Positions 1 to 7,111 of a DNA stretch of 11,441 bases are shown here, one piece after another. Location of the stretch: the UHGV virus genome UHGV-0368337, one strand, 5' to 3'. Each line of letters starts with the position of its first letter. Within the stretch, counting starts at the first letter, position 1. A program made the translations under genes and the position numbers. The DNA is from a virus. Below the pieces are notes generated by a model. That model had not been told where the DNA came from. It made no database searches and saw only the letters and a list, made by a program, of their open reading frames with translations.

Positions 1-111
1 GATTTTGTATTCTTTGCATATTTTACTGATGCGTTCTGCAATTTCTTTGAGTTCATTTATTGCATCAGGACTGGTTTTGGAAAATATTTCATTTTGCGCA
101 AGTTCTTTCAT
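1..111 (-). CDS. hypothetical protein, 5-prime part only (continues past left edge of window)
   Basis: Minus-strand ATG at 111..109 followed by 37 sense codons (MKELAQNEIFSKTSPDAINELKEIAERISKICKEYKI) with no stop before the window edge. Same orientation as, and downstream of, the Kil-sized gene. RBS weak. Not in the ORF track because it is incomplete. Confidence 0.3.
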   Translation of the reverse strand, partial: MKELAQNEIFSKTSPDAINELKEIAERISKICKEYKI

Positions 112-194
112 TTTGATTTTTCCGTGATTGATAATTAATGCGGTTTTATTTCGGCTTGTCTGTTACAGATATGGAAGGTGTATTTTATTACTCG

Positions 195-416
195 TCACAA
201 CGACGCTGCTTTTACGGGTAAGCCATCGCGCCCGATGAAAACTTTAATCATGCAGTCGGTAATGCATGTTTTTGTTGTGAAGTTACGAATATAGAGTTTT
301 CTCTTTTCAATATTGTTTGCTGAAGCGATATATGTCCGACCTTCATGAAGAACATAATCGCCAGGCGTCACGCACTGACGTGGTATTTCATCAGTTCCGA
401 AGTGATGAGCAATCAT
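195..416 (-). CDS. small protein (73 aa), possibly a Kil-like host-killing protein
   Basis: ORF track 195..434; preferred start is the ATG at 416 ([10 protein letters not shown]...) with GGAGA 5 nt upstream. It lies at the distal end of the leftward operon, where kil genes sit in lambda/Rac-type prophages. Identity rests on position and size only. Confidence 0.5.
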   Translation of the reverse strand: MIAHHFGTDEIPRQCVTPGDYVLHEGRTYIASANNIEKRKLYIRNFTTKTCITDCMIKVFIGRDGLPVKAASL

Positions 417-872
417 AATTATCTCCATTTTCACAAATGAACTTTGTTGATGCGGTGCCTGGTGCCTCCAGGTGGCGTTAACCAGTTAACAATTAACGCC
501 GGGTCAGGGGACGATGACTTTCCGTGACATCCTGTCGGTTTAACTGTTCCGCGTGCGCTGAGCCGCATTCACCGCATCACAAAATTCACTTTAAAAAGGG
601 CGGACATCAGCAATCGGCAAACCGATATCCGCCAAGGGTTACACACAGCAATGTTGTTATTCACAACCGGAAGCGCACGGTCGAAGAAATCTAACGACAA
701 TCCTTCTATGGGAAAGAGTCTTCGCCTCGCGCTTTCGTGTAGTACCCTGGCTTTCAGGGTAATGTCTGTTCAGTAAACTGAGAGTGCAGGAACTCCCCCG
801 TGTCCGGCGCACGATCTCCACCTCACCCGTGGAGAACTCCTCAACTACAAACCCCGTAAGGAGAGTGAATTT

Positions 873-1082
873 ATGACACAAGAAGAAAAAGTGATGTTTC
901 TGATGCGGCTGGCTGTCGATACTTACAACACACAATTTACGGAGAAAGATATACCTCAAAAGGCAGTTCCTGCCGCGGTAGATAAGGGCGGTGCTATTGC
1001 CGTATTTTACGATGCATTTGAATCATTTTTTAATGAAAAACTCGACGCTGTTAGCGACTTCGGAACATCGAGTAATAAATAA
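873..1082 (+). CDS. hypothetical small protein (69 aa)
   Basis: ATG at 873 preceded by a strong Shine-Dalgarno AAGGAGAG; clean ORF to a TAA stop. No recognisable motif. Its 3-prime end overlaps the convergent ORF 1051..1410 by 32 nt. Confidence 0.5.
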   Translation: MTQEEKVMFLMRLAVDTYNTQFTEKDIPQKAVPAAVDKGGAIAVFYDAFESFFNEKLDAVSDFGTSSNK

Positions 1083-1410
1083 CGTTCATTACGGTTCTTA
1101 AACAACAATCAGTGGGCTTGATGTTGTTCTTTTCAAGCTCACTTGCCATCACTTCCATTATTCTTGCACTTACACGAATTATTTGGTGGCTGTAAGCGAC
1201 GCAACTGTCGCTGATATTGCTGTTTATTTCTATTACTTCATTTTCACTGGCGGCGCTAAATTTGGATATGCCGTTTCCATTGTCCTGTTTCAGTGCTGTT
1301 TCCGCTATCCGGATGCGTTCCTGCGTTGCGGAATTTGGGCTAAGTCGATAAACCTGTCTGGCATCTTCCAGAAGCAGGGCGATAATGTGCTTCAGTTCTG
1401 TTTCATTCAT
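1051..1410 (-). CDS. hypothetical protein (119 aa)
   Basis: ORF track 1051..1431; preferred start ATG at 1410 (MNETELKH...) with GGAG about 8 nt upstream. Lies in the leftward operon downstream of N. No recognisable motif. Confidence 0.5.
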   Translation of the reverse strand: MNETELKHIIALLLEDARQVYRLSPNSATQERIRIAETALKQDNGNGISKFSAASENEVIEINSNISDSCVAYSHQIIRVSARIMEVMASELEKNNIKPTDCCLRTVMNVIYYSMFRSR

Positions 1411-1547
1411 AGTTAACTCCGGTAGTTGCAATTTATTAATATCAGGCGGTCAGCTCTTTAAGCTTCTGAACTGCTTTATTCATTTCATCCATACAGTCGA
1501 TGAATTCGTCCAGTTTAAGCTGCATTTTTCCGGCGGCCTGAAGAATT

Positions 1548-1829
1548 TCAAGTTTTAAGGGCGCAAGTTTTTTGTTGTAATCGACGCAGGTTATTAACTC
1601 GCGGCCAGTAATATTTTGGCTTGGCACGAGATCCGGGTCTTGAACCTACACAAACTATATAGCTCTCTTCTTTCCTCGGAAGGCCAGGTGCATCTAGCAG
1701 ACGGCCTAGTTCGAATTTTTTTACGTTGACACCAGGAGGAATCACCTCGACGATAAACCCGATTTTTACCTTCGTTACACCGTTTGATGAGCTTGACCAT
1801 TTAACTTCATCGTTCAATTTGAACTTCAT
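1548..1829 (-). CDS. hypothetical protein (93 aa as read; may continue to 1442 through a frameshift)
   Basis: Start ATGATG at 1832/1829 with GAGG overlapping the N stop codon, i.e. tightly coupled to N. The adjacent 61-aa ORF 1442..1627 is in another frame, has only a GTG start with poor RBS, and ends 31 nt before the next gene. Confidence 0.45.
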   Translation of the reverse strand: MKFKLNDEVKWSSSSNGVTKVKIGFIVEVIPPGVNVKKFELGRLLDAPGLPRKEESYIVCVGSRPGSRAKPKYYWPRVNNLRRLQQKTCALKT

Positions 1830-1837
1830 CATTAACC

Positions 1838-2143
1838 TCAATCGTAATAAGCCGGAATTGATTTTCCGCGTTGTTTCTGGCGGCCTGAGCAAGTCACACC
1901 CATTTCACTGCGTGGTTTGCGGTAGTAAATACGGTTCTGTTTACTCTCGACTTCTTCTGCCTTCTTGCAGCGAAGGCTTCCGAGTGATACTGCTTTGTCT
2001 GCTCCGACGCAACCAGAGATCTTTAGCGCAATCTTCCGTGTCAGTCTTTCACTACTGCGCCGCTCTGCAATAAGTTCTTCCCTGCGAGCTTTATAGCGGC
2101 TTTTTGCCGTACCTTTGGATTCTTTCCAGATTATGGTTACCAT
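1838..2143 (-). CDS. N: transcription antitermination protein N (phage-21-type arginine-rich motif)
   Basis: ORF track 1838..2242; preferred start ATG at 2143 with AAAGGAGA upstream. N-terminus MVTIIWKESKGTAKSRYKARREELIAERR matches the phage 21 N arginine-rich boxB-binding motif as I recall it. boxA/boxB nut sites lie in its leader and again after cro. Confidence 0.75.
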   Translation of the reverse strand: MVTIIWKESKGTAKSRYKARREELIAERRSSERLTRKIALKISGCVGADKAVSLGSLRCKKAEEVESKQNRIYYRKPRSEMGVTCSGRQKQRGKSIPAYYD

Positions 2144-2253
2144 GATGGTCTCCTTTAAGTGGCTTTGGTGTATGACGCGTCGAGGTGTTTTTCTTCTCGA
2201 TCGCGGCCTTGCAACTGAAATTCGCGTCATCCCCAAAACCACTTAGATTTTGG

Positions 2254-2294
2254 TCTCAACGGTTAGGTTGAGAGTCCATCAATGTTAAAGAGCC
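2254..2294 (-). promoter_or_regulatory. nutL: boxA (GCTCTTTAACATT) plus boxB hairpin
   Basis: On the minus strand: GGCTCTTTAACATT, 7 nt, then hairpin TCTCAAC-CTAACC-GTTGAGA. The same boxA 13-mer and a CTAACA-loop hairpin recur at 3902..3942 after cro. Confidence 0.6.
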
Positions 2295-2339
2295 GGCCAA
2301 TCTGTTCCGTTTGGCTTCCAGCGTCCTGCTGTTGAATTG

Positions 2340-2381
2340 AAGATAACCTAAGTTATCTGGTTGTGCAATAACTATATTTAT
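2340..2381 (-). promoter_or_regulatory. PL candidate promoter overlapping OL operators
   Basis: Minus strand TTGCAC (2368..2363), 17 nt, TATCTT (2345..2340). Operator-like palindromes ATAACctaaGTTAT (2343..2356) and ATAACtataTTTAT (2368..2381), centres 25 bp apart, match the OR half-sites. Confidence 0.5.
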
Positions 2382-2476
2382 CATTTTATGAAAAACGTTA
2401 TAAATGACTGATAACAAAAATATTTTATTTTTTGTGGTATCCGCGTGATATTTTCAAGGGGGAAAGGCTGATTGTT

Positions 2477-2698
2477 ATGGGTGATTGCATGTTAATCGAA
2501 GGGGAATTTGGTGTGTTGCACCAGCGGGTAGTCGAAATTCTAGGGGTGTCGTTGCTTGAGGTTATTGCTACTGGGGAAGCTATTTCAGCAGATGCTATTG
2601 CGGGAATGATCCGAGTGCTTCACCATGATGAATTGGATGATCTCGCTGTGAAGTTAGCTATAGATGTGTTACTTCAGGATATGCGACTGTGTAATTAA
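2477..2698 (+). CDS. hypothetical protein (73 aa)
   Basis: ORF track 2432..2698; preferred start ATG at 2477 (MGDCMLIEGEF...) preceded by a purine-rich GGGGGAAAGG. Sits between PL and the 3-prime end of cI on the opposite strand. No recognisable motif. Confidence 0.4.
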   Translation: MGDCMLIEGEFGVLHQRVVEILGVSLLEVIATGEAISADAIAGMIRVLHHDELDDLAVKLAIDVLLQDMRLCN

Positions 2699-2726
2699 GT
2701 AAATAAAACCCGGCACTGGAGCCGGG
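2699..2726 (-). terminator. candidate rho-independent terminator downstream of cI
   Basis: Hairpin CCCGGC-ACTGGA-GCCGGG at 2709..2726. On the minus strand it is followed by a U-rich tract (rc of 2699..2708 = TTTTATTTAC). Confidence 0.4.
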
Positions 2727-2851
2727 GGGATTTAGAAATGGCATTTTATGAATTGGCTACTTGGCGAATGGTTTACCATCGGTGGTATTGAGCACAATAA
2801 AAGGCCGTTCTTCGTGAGTGTTCTTATAGCAAAAGTTCAGTTGGAGTCTGA

Positions 2852-3559
2852 TTACCAGCTATGTGATGACCAGAACACTCGCCCTATGATTCTTACGTTT
2901 TTGTAGAATTCTTCTCTGTTCATTACTTCATCAGGATACTCTTCGCGGTTTATCGATCTGATAATTACCGATGTTGGCGTGGCTATGAGCGTTTTTACCC
3001 TTAACAAATCAGCTTGGCAAATTGCATATGTTTTACCATCCCTGATGCTCGTATCTCGCGTGTTTACCCCCACCACATCACCATCATGGAGTGTTGGCTC
3101 CATGCTTTGCCCAACAACCCTGACCAACTTTGCCGCTTTTTCTGGAACTCCCATTTTTTTCAGGTAATAGCGCCTAAAAACTAGAGAGAATTCTGCGGAC
3201 TCCTCCAATGCACAACTTCCTCCGCCAGCTGAAAGTGAAATATTTAGAAGGGGGAGCGCAACAAATTCTTCATTATCATTTTGATGATCATCCCAGGCGA
3301 TAGCTTTTAAAGATGATTCCCGAGCATTAGATGGCTCTTCTGCGCTCTGTGGTCTCATTGACCCTATACCAGAGCTTAGCCATTCAGGGCGAACTCTTAA
3401 CGCGTTGGCTAATTCGACCATTTTACGTGATCCGGTTGTTTTACCAGATGACATCTTTTGTATGGCTGGTTGTGATACCCCCACCATGTCTGCAAGTTGT
3501 GCTTGTGACAACCCGGCTGAACTCATGGCGGCATTTAGTCTTTCTGCGAATGTTTTCAT
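2852..3559 (-). CDS. cI: CI-type prophage repressor (N-terminal HTH, C-terminal S24/LexA-like autopeptidase)
   Basis: 235 aa. N-terminal HTH (LSQAQLADMVGVSQPAIQKM), Ala-Gly cleavage region (LSAGGG), catalytic serine motif GQSMEP and downstream lysine (RVK). Divergent from the cro-like gene with operators between them. Confidence 0.9.
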   Translation of the reverse strand: MKTFAERLNAAMSSAGLSQAQLADMVGVSQPAIQKMSSGKTTGSRKMVELANALRVRPEWLSSGIGSMRPQSAEEPSNARESSLKAIAWDDHQNDNEEFVALPLLNISLSAGGGSCALEESAEFSLVFRRYYLKKMGVPEKAAKLVRVVGQSMEPTLHDGDVVGVNTRDTSIRDGKTYAICQADLLRVKTLIATPTSVIIRSINREEYPDEVMNREEFYKNVRIIGRVFWSSHSW

Positions 3560-3570
3560 ACCTGTAATCT

Positions 3571-3636
3571 ATAACCACGGTTATCAAAAGTAAAACAACA
3601 ATTGTTATTGCCCTGGTGTATAACTCATATTATTTT
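3571..3636. promoter_or_regulatory. OR region: three operator palindromes plus candidate PR (and PRM)
   Basis: ATAACcacgGTTAT (3571..3584), ACAACaattGTTAT (3596..3609), ATAACtcatATTAT (3620..3633), centre spacing 24-25 bp. Candidate PR TTGCCC (3608..3613), 17 nt, TATTTT (3631..3636), about 30 nt upstream of cro. PRM hexamers not resolved. Confidence 0.6.
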
Positions 3637-3669
3637 TGGTTATGCTTTATTTGCTGTAGAGGTATGCTC

Positions 3670-3894
3670 ATGAATTTAGTGATTCAGCGAGCCTTGAATA
3701 TTGTTGGCAGTCAAAAACGACTTGCAGCTGATTGCGGCGTATCACAGCCCGCTGTTCATAAATGGTTGCGAGGCGGAAAAGTTTCTCCTGAAAAAGTTTT
3801 CGCTATCGTTAATGCCACCAATGGTCAGGTTAAGGCTTACGAAATTCGCCCGGACTTACCGCACCTGTTTCCTCATCCGAACCAGGCTGAATAA
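3670..3894 (+). CDS. cro: Cro/YdaS-like HTH regulator
   Basis: ORF track 3616..3894; preferred start ATG at 3670 (GAGG 9 nt upstream), alternative 3664. HTH segment QKRLAADCGVSQPAVHKWLRGG. First gene rightward of the operators, divergent from cI. Confidence 0.75.
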   Translation: MNLVIQRALNIVGSQKRLAADCGVSQPAVHKWLRGGKVSPEKVFAIVNATNGQVKAYEIRPDLPHLFPHPNQAE

Positions 3895-3901
3895 GTAACA
3901 C

Positions 3902-3942
3902 CGCTCTTTAACATTGCTGGTCGTTCACCTCTAACAGGGTGA
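3902..3942 (+). promoter_or_regulatory. nutR: boxA (CGCTCTTTAACATT) plus boxB hairpin
   Basis: CGCTCTTTAACATT at 3902..3915, then hairpin TCACCT-CTAACA-GGGTGA at 3925..3942, immediately after the cro stop and before cII. Confidence 0.65.
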
Positions 3943-4010
3943 GCAAACATCAGTGGCAAACCCATTGGGGATTGCCGCTTAACCCCATATCAATATAGGA
4001 AAATTAACAA

Positions 4011-4307
4011 ATGTCACAAACAAGTTACAGCAAACTGTCACAGCGCGATATCGATCGCGCTGAAACGGATTTACTTATCAACCTGTCAGCTCTGACGCAA
4101 AGGGGACTGGCGAAGATGATTGGCTGCCATGAATCGAAGGTCAGTCGTACCGACTGGCGATACATCGCGGCGATTTTATGCGCGTTCCAGATGGCATCTG
4201 ATATCAGTCCGATCAGCCGGGCTTTCCAGCATGCCATTAACGTTCATGCAAATAAAAAACGTCCGGTTGGGGCCGGACGTTCTGAGCAAATCCTGATGAA
4301 CATCTGA
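4011..4307 (+). CDS. cII: CII-family transcriptional activator
   Basis: 98 aa. C-terminal ...NKKRPVGAGRSEQILMNI parallels lambda CII ...NKKRPAATERSEQIQMEF; HTH region in the middle; AGGAAA RBS. Position between cro/nutR and the replication genes is as in lambda. Confidence 0.8.
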   Translation: MSQTSYSKLSQRDIDRAETDLLINLSALTQRGLAKMIGCHESKVSRTDWRYIAAILCAFQMASDISPISRAFQHAINVHANKKRPVGAGRSEQILMNI

Positions 4308-4371
4308 TATTCAGGCAGGGCATGGAGCAATACACGGGAATAATTCTGCCACATCTGGAAGAATTTCGCCA

Positions 4372-4440
4372 GCAACAACACCAACCGCAGCAGCCTGAAG
4401 CCGATTGGGTTAACCCGGGAGATACCGGGACCGTCTGCGG
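4372..4440. repeat. diverged partial copy of internal O-gene segment 5121..5212
   Basis: 4372..4406 matches 5121..5155 with 1 mismatch and 4407..4440 matches 5179..5212 with 2 mismatches. The 23 bp 5156..5178, bounded by a GAAGCCGATT direct repeat, are missing from the upstream copy. Confidence 0.8.
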
Positions 4441-4470
4441 TATGGAGTAAATCTTGTATGCGAGGGGACT

Positions 4471-5553
4471 ATGCGTAATTACGCAACAATTTCACCTCAG
4501 TTCTGGTTAGGCGATACAGGGCGAAAACTAAGGAAGTCTGGTCCGGAAAGTATGGTAGTGGCGTTGTATATGATGACCTCGCCTCATTCCAATATGCTGG
4601 GCCTTTATTACCTGCCTGTTTTGTACATTGCTCACGAAACCGGACTTGATCCTGAAGGGGCTTCTAAGGGGCTTCAAATGGCTTGCGAGGCTGGTTTTTG
4701 CAGCTATGACCATGATTCTGAGGTTGTATGGGTGCATGAAATGGCAGCATGGCAGGTTGGTGAATCGCTGAAACCTGGCGATAACCGTTGTGCTGGGGTA
4801 AGAAATGAATATTCCGCGTTGCTGGAAAATCCTTTTTTATCATCCTTTTATGATAGATATAAGGATGATTTCCACCTGGATGTCAGACGTGAATCATGTC
4901 GGAAAATTGAAGCCCCTTCAGAGCCCCTTTCAAGCCAAGAACAGGAACAGGAACAAGAACAGGAAAGGGATAAAACCCTTCTGGTCCATGGCGAAAAAAT
5001 CGCCACGGACCCACAGGGGGATTTTTGTCCTGTTCTGACTGAACGTCCAGGACCAGCGGGCACGACACCGGAAGCAGATTCCGGGCGTTGTGTGCAGCAG
5101 GTGCTGATCGTCGAACCGGAGCAACAACGCCAACCGCAGCAGCCTGAAGCCGATTCCGCGATGAGCGGGAAGCCGATTGGGTTAACCCGGGCGATGCCGG
5201 GACCGTCTGCGGGACGAGTTGATTATCCTGACGTGTTCGAACGGGTCTGGCGTGAATATCCGCATCGGGCAGGGTCAAACCCGAAGAAATCCGCGTTCAA
5301 TGCCTGGAGGGCCAGATTACGCGAAGGGGTGTCACCGGATGTCGTGCTGGATGGCGTGAGGCGTTACGCAAGATACCTGGAGGCTACCGGGAAAGCGGGA
5401 ACTGAATTTGTTCAGCAGGCATCGACGTTTTTTGGCCCGAACAGGAATTTCGAAAATCCGTGGTCGCTGCCGAAGGCTGGCGCAGTCAGCCTGCGTTGCG
5501 TGAATCACATTTCTGAACCGGACACCGAAATTCCGCCGGGTTTCAGGGGGTAA
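4471..5553 (+). CDS. phage replication initiation protein (O-like/YdaU-like), with QEQEQEQE linker
   Basis: 360 aa; GAGGGG RBS. Immediately upstream of, and stop-start coupled to, the DnaC-like gene. Acidic/Gln-rich interdomain linker; C-terminal F-E-R-V-W-R-E-Y-P...A-F-N-A-W segment. Function inferred mainly from position. Confidence 0.7.
   Translation: MRNYATISPQFWLGDTGRKLRKSGPESMVVALYMMTSPHSNMLGLYYLPVLYIAHETGLDPEGASKGLQMACEAGFCSYDHDSEVVWVHEMAAWQVGESLKPGDNRCAGVRNEYSALLENPFLSSFYDRYKDDFHLDVRRESCRKIEAPSEPLSSQEQEQEQEQERDKTLLVHGEKIATDPQGDFCPVLTERPGPAGTTPEADSGRCVQQVLIVEPEQQRQPQQPEADSAMSGKPIGLTRAMPGPSAGRVDYPDVFERVWREYPHRAGSNPKKSAFNAWRARLREGVSPDVVLDGVRRYARYLEATGKAGTEFVQQASTFFGPNRNFENPWSLPKAGAVSLRCVNHISEPDTEIPPGFRG
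4937..5036. other. candidate replication origin inside the O-like gene
   Basis: Four tandem hexamers GAACAG/GAACAA (4939..4962), A-tract hairpin GGCGAAAAAATCGCC (4990..5004), and TCCTGTTCT (5028..5036), which is the reverse complement of AGAACAGGA in the repeats. Location parallels lambda ori inside O. Confidence 0.3.
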
Positions 5554-5559
5554 TCAGCC

Positions 5560-6300
5560 ATGAAAAACATTTCGACTGGAGGGATTCTTGAACGGGTGCG
5601 CCGTCTGGCACCACCGCACGTGGCAGCACCGTTCCGGACGACCGACGAATGGCGGGAATGGCAACTGGCTGAGGGCCGTAAGCGCAGCGAGGAAATTAAC
5701 CGCCTGAATCATCAGGCGCGGGTTGAAAAAATCCTGAACCGTGCGGGCATCCAGCCGCTTCACAGGAAGTGCTCATTCGGGAACTACCGGGTGCAGAACG
5801 ACGGTCAGCGCCATGCTCTGAGCCAGGCGAAATCCATTGTCGATGAATTGATGACCAGTTATACAAACTTCGTGTTCAGCGGGAATCCGGGAACCGGAAA
5901 AAATCATCTGGCGGCGGCTGTGGGTAATCGTCTGCTGAAGGCCGGTAAATCCGTGATAGTGGTCACCGTGGCGGATGTGATGAGCGCGTTACATGCCAGC
6001 TATGACGACGGACTGTCAGGGGAAAAATTTTTGCGTGAACTGTGCGAAGTGGACCTCCTGGTTCTTGACGAAATTGGCATCCAGCGTGAGACGAAAAACG
6101 AGCAGGTGGTACTGCACCAGATTGTTGACCGCCGGACGGCATCACTGCGCAGTGTCGGGATGCTGACAAACCTGAATCATGCCGCAATGAGCACGCTTCT
6201 TGGTGAGAGGATTATGGACCGGATGACCATGAACGGTGGTCGTTGGGTGAATTTTAACTGGGAGAGCTGGCGGTCAAACGTTGGACGTCAGGGTATGTGA
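5560..6300 (+). CDS. DnaC-like helicase loader / replication protein (P-analog, YdaV-like AAA+ ATPase)
   Basis: 246 aa. Walker A FSGNPGTGKNHLAAAVG and Walker B DLLVLDEIG, characteristic of DnaC/IstB-type loaders. AGGGGG RBS. Confidence 0.9.
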   Translation: MKNISTGGILERVRRLAPPHVAAPFRTTDEWREWQLAEGRKRSEEINRLNHQARVEKILNRAGIQPLHRKCSFGNYRVQNDGQRHALSQAKSIVDELMTSYTNFVFSGNPGTGKNHLAAAVGNRLLKAGKSVIVVTVADVMSALHASYDDGLSGEKFLRELCEVDLLVLDEIGIQRETKNEQVVLHQIVDRRTASLRSVGMLTNLNHAAMSTLLGERIMDRMTMNGGRWVNFNWESWRSNVGRQGM

Positions 6301-6325
6301 GAATTTTTGACGAGGTAAATTTTCG

Positions 6326-7096
6326 ATGGAAACCGTATTGCATGCACTGAAAGCGATGGGAAAAGCCAATTCTGTTGAACTGGCGGCGCGGCTTGATATC
6401 AGCCGTGAAGAAGTTCTCAACGAACTGTGGGAGCTCAAAAAAAATGGCGTTGTTGATAAAACGGGTCACACCTGGTTTCTGGCTGTCGAAGGTGAAGCCG
6501 GGGTAACCGAAGAGCGGCCAGTAAAATCTGAAACACAGGATATGCTGACCGAAGAGGTCGCTCCAAAAGTTAGCGCTGACATGATGATTGAGTTTATCTC
6601 TCAGGAGGGGGCTAAAACCTGTGAGGAACTGGCGGGGAAGTTCGGTGTCAGCACTCGTAAGGTTGCTTCCACGTTGGCGGTGGTAACAGCAGCGAGACGC
6701 CTGGTACGCGAGATCAGCAACGGAAAATTCCGTTACAAAATGCCTGATGTCGAAAACGGCGATTTGAGCGCCTTATCATCGCAGAATAAGCAATCACACC
6801 ATGACGCAGAAAACAGCGCGGCAGGCGATGAAATGAATCGTTTTCCGTTGGCATCAGAGAGCACGGCAAAGGCCAGTACAGATGAGTTTATCCGAGAAGT
6901 TCCATCATTCACCGAAAAATCTGCCAGTTCGGTGATGCTTCCATCGCTGCATGCTGCCAGTCGAGAACTTCGTCGCGCCAAAAAACAGGTCCAGAAGTGG
7001 GAGCGAGTCTGCGCCGCGCTGCGGGAGCTGAACAAGCACCGGGATATTGTTCGACAGATTGTCGATTCATCCGGTCGTATTGTGTCGGAAAAGTGA
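6326..7096 (+). CDS. hypothetical protein with two tandem winged-helix-like N-terminal segments
   Basis: 256 aa; GAGG RBS. Two similar segments (HALKAMGKANSVELAARLDISREEVLNELWELKKNGVVDK and IEFISQEGAKTCEELAGKFGVSTRKVASTLAVVTAARRLV) followed by a low-complexity acidic/Ser-rich tail and a basic coiled C-terminus. Function unknown. Confidence 0.65.
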   Translation: METVLHALKAMGKANSVELAARLDISREEVLNELWELKKNGVVDKTGHTWFLAVEGEAGVTEERPVKSETQDMLTEEVAPKVSADMMIEFISQEGAKTCEELAGKFGVSTRKVASTLAVVTAARRLVREISNGKFRYKMPDVENGDLSALSSQNKQSHHDAENSAAGDEMNRFPLASESTAKASTDEFIREVPSFTEKSASSVMLPSLHAASRELRRAKKQVQKWERVCAALRELNKHRDIVRQIVDSSGRIVSEK

Positions 7097-7111
7097 TTGC
7101 CGGAGGCGCTT

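Noticed and set aside
453-620. 52-codon minus-strand ORF ending just upstream of the Kil-sized gene, considered as a cIII-like gene
   Set aside because: Pro/Gly/Ser-rich product with no resemblance to the CIII amphipathic-helix motif and no RBS.
657-959. 100-aa minus-strand ORF in the GC-rich noncoding region
   Set aside because: No RBS, implausible composition (His/Phe/Cys-rich, low complexity), and antisense to the start of the well-supported gene at 873.
1726-2073. 115-aa plus-strand ORF overlapping the N gene, and the 68-aa minus ORF 1594..1800
   Set aside because: Alternative frames of the N and 93-aa gene region; no independent start signals.
2979-3593. Plus-strand ORFs (62-78 aa) overlapping the cI repressor gene
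   Set aside because: Antisense to the confidently assigned repressor gene; no RBS.
4939-4962. Short tandem hexamer repeats considered as a possible CRISPR or iteron array
   Set aside because: Not CRISPR: 6-bp units with no spacers, inside a coding linker (QEQEQE). Kept only as a low-confidence origin candidate.
4528-5278. Several minus-strand ORFs (69-131 aa) inside the O-like gene
   Set aside because: Antisense to a well-supported long ORF; Arg/Pro/Ser-rich composition typical of GC-rich antisense frames; no RBS.
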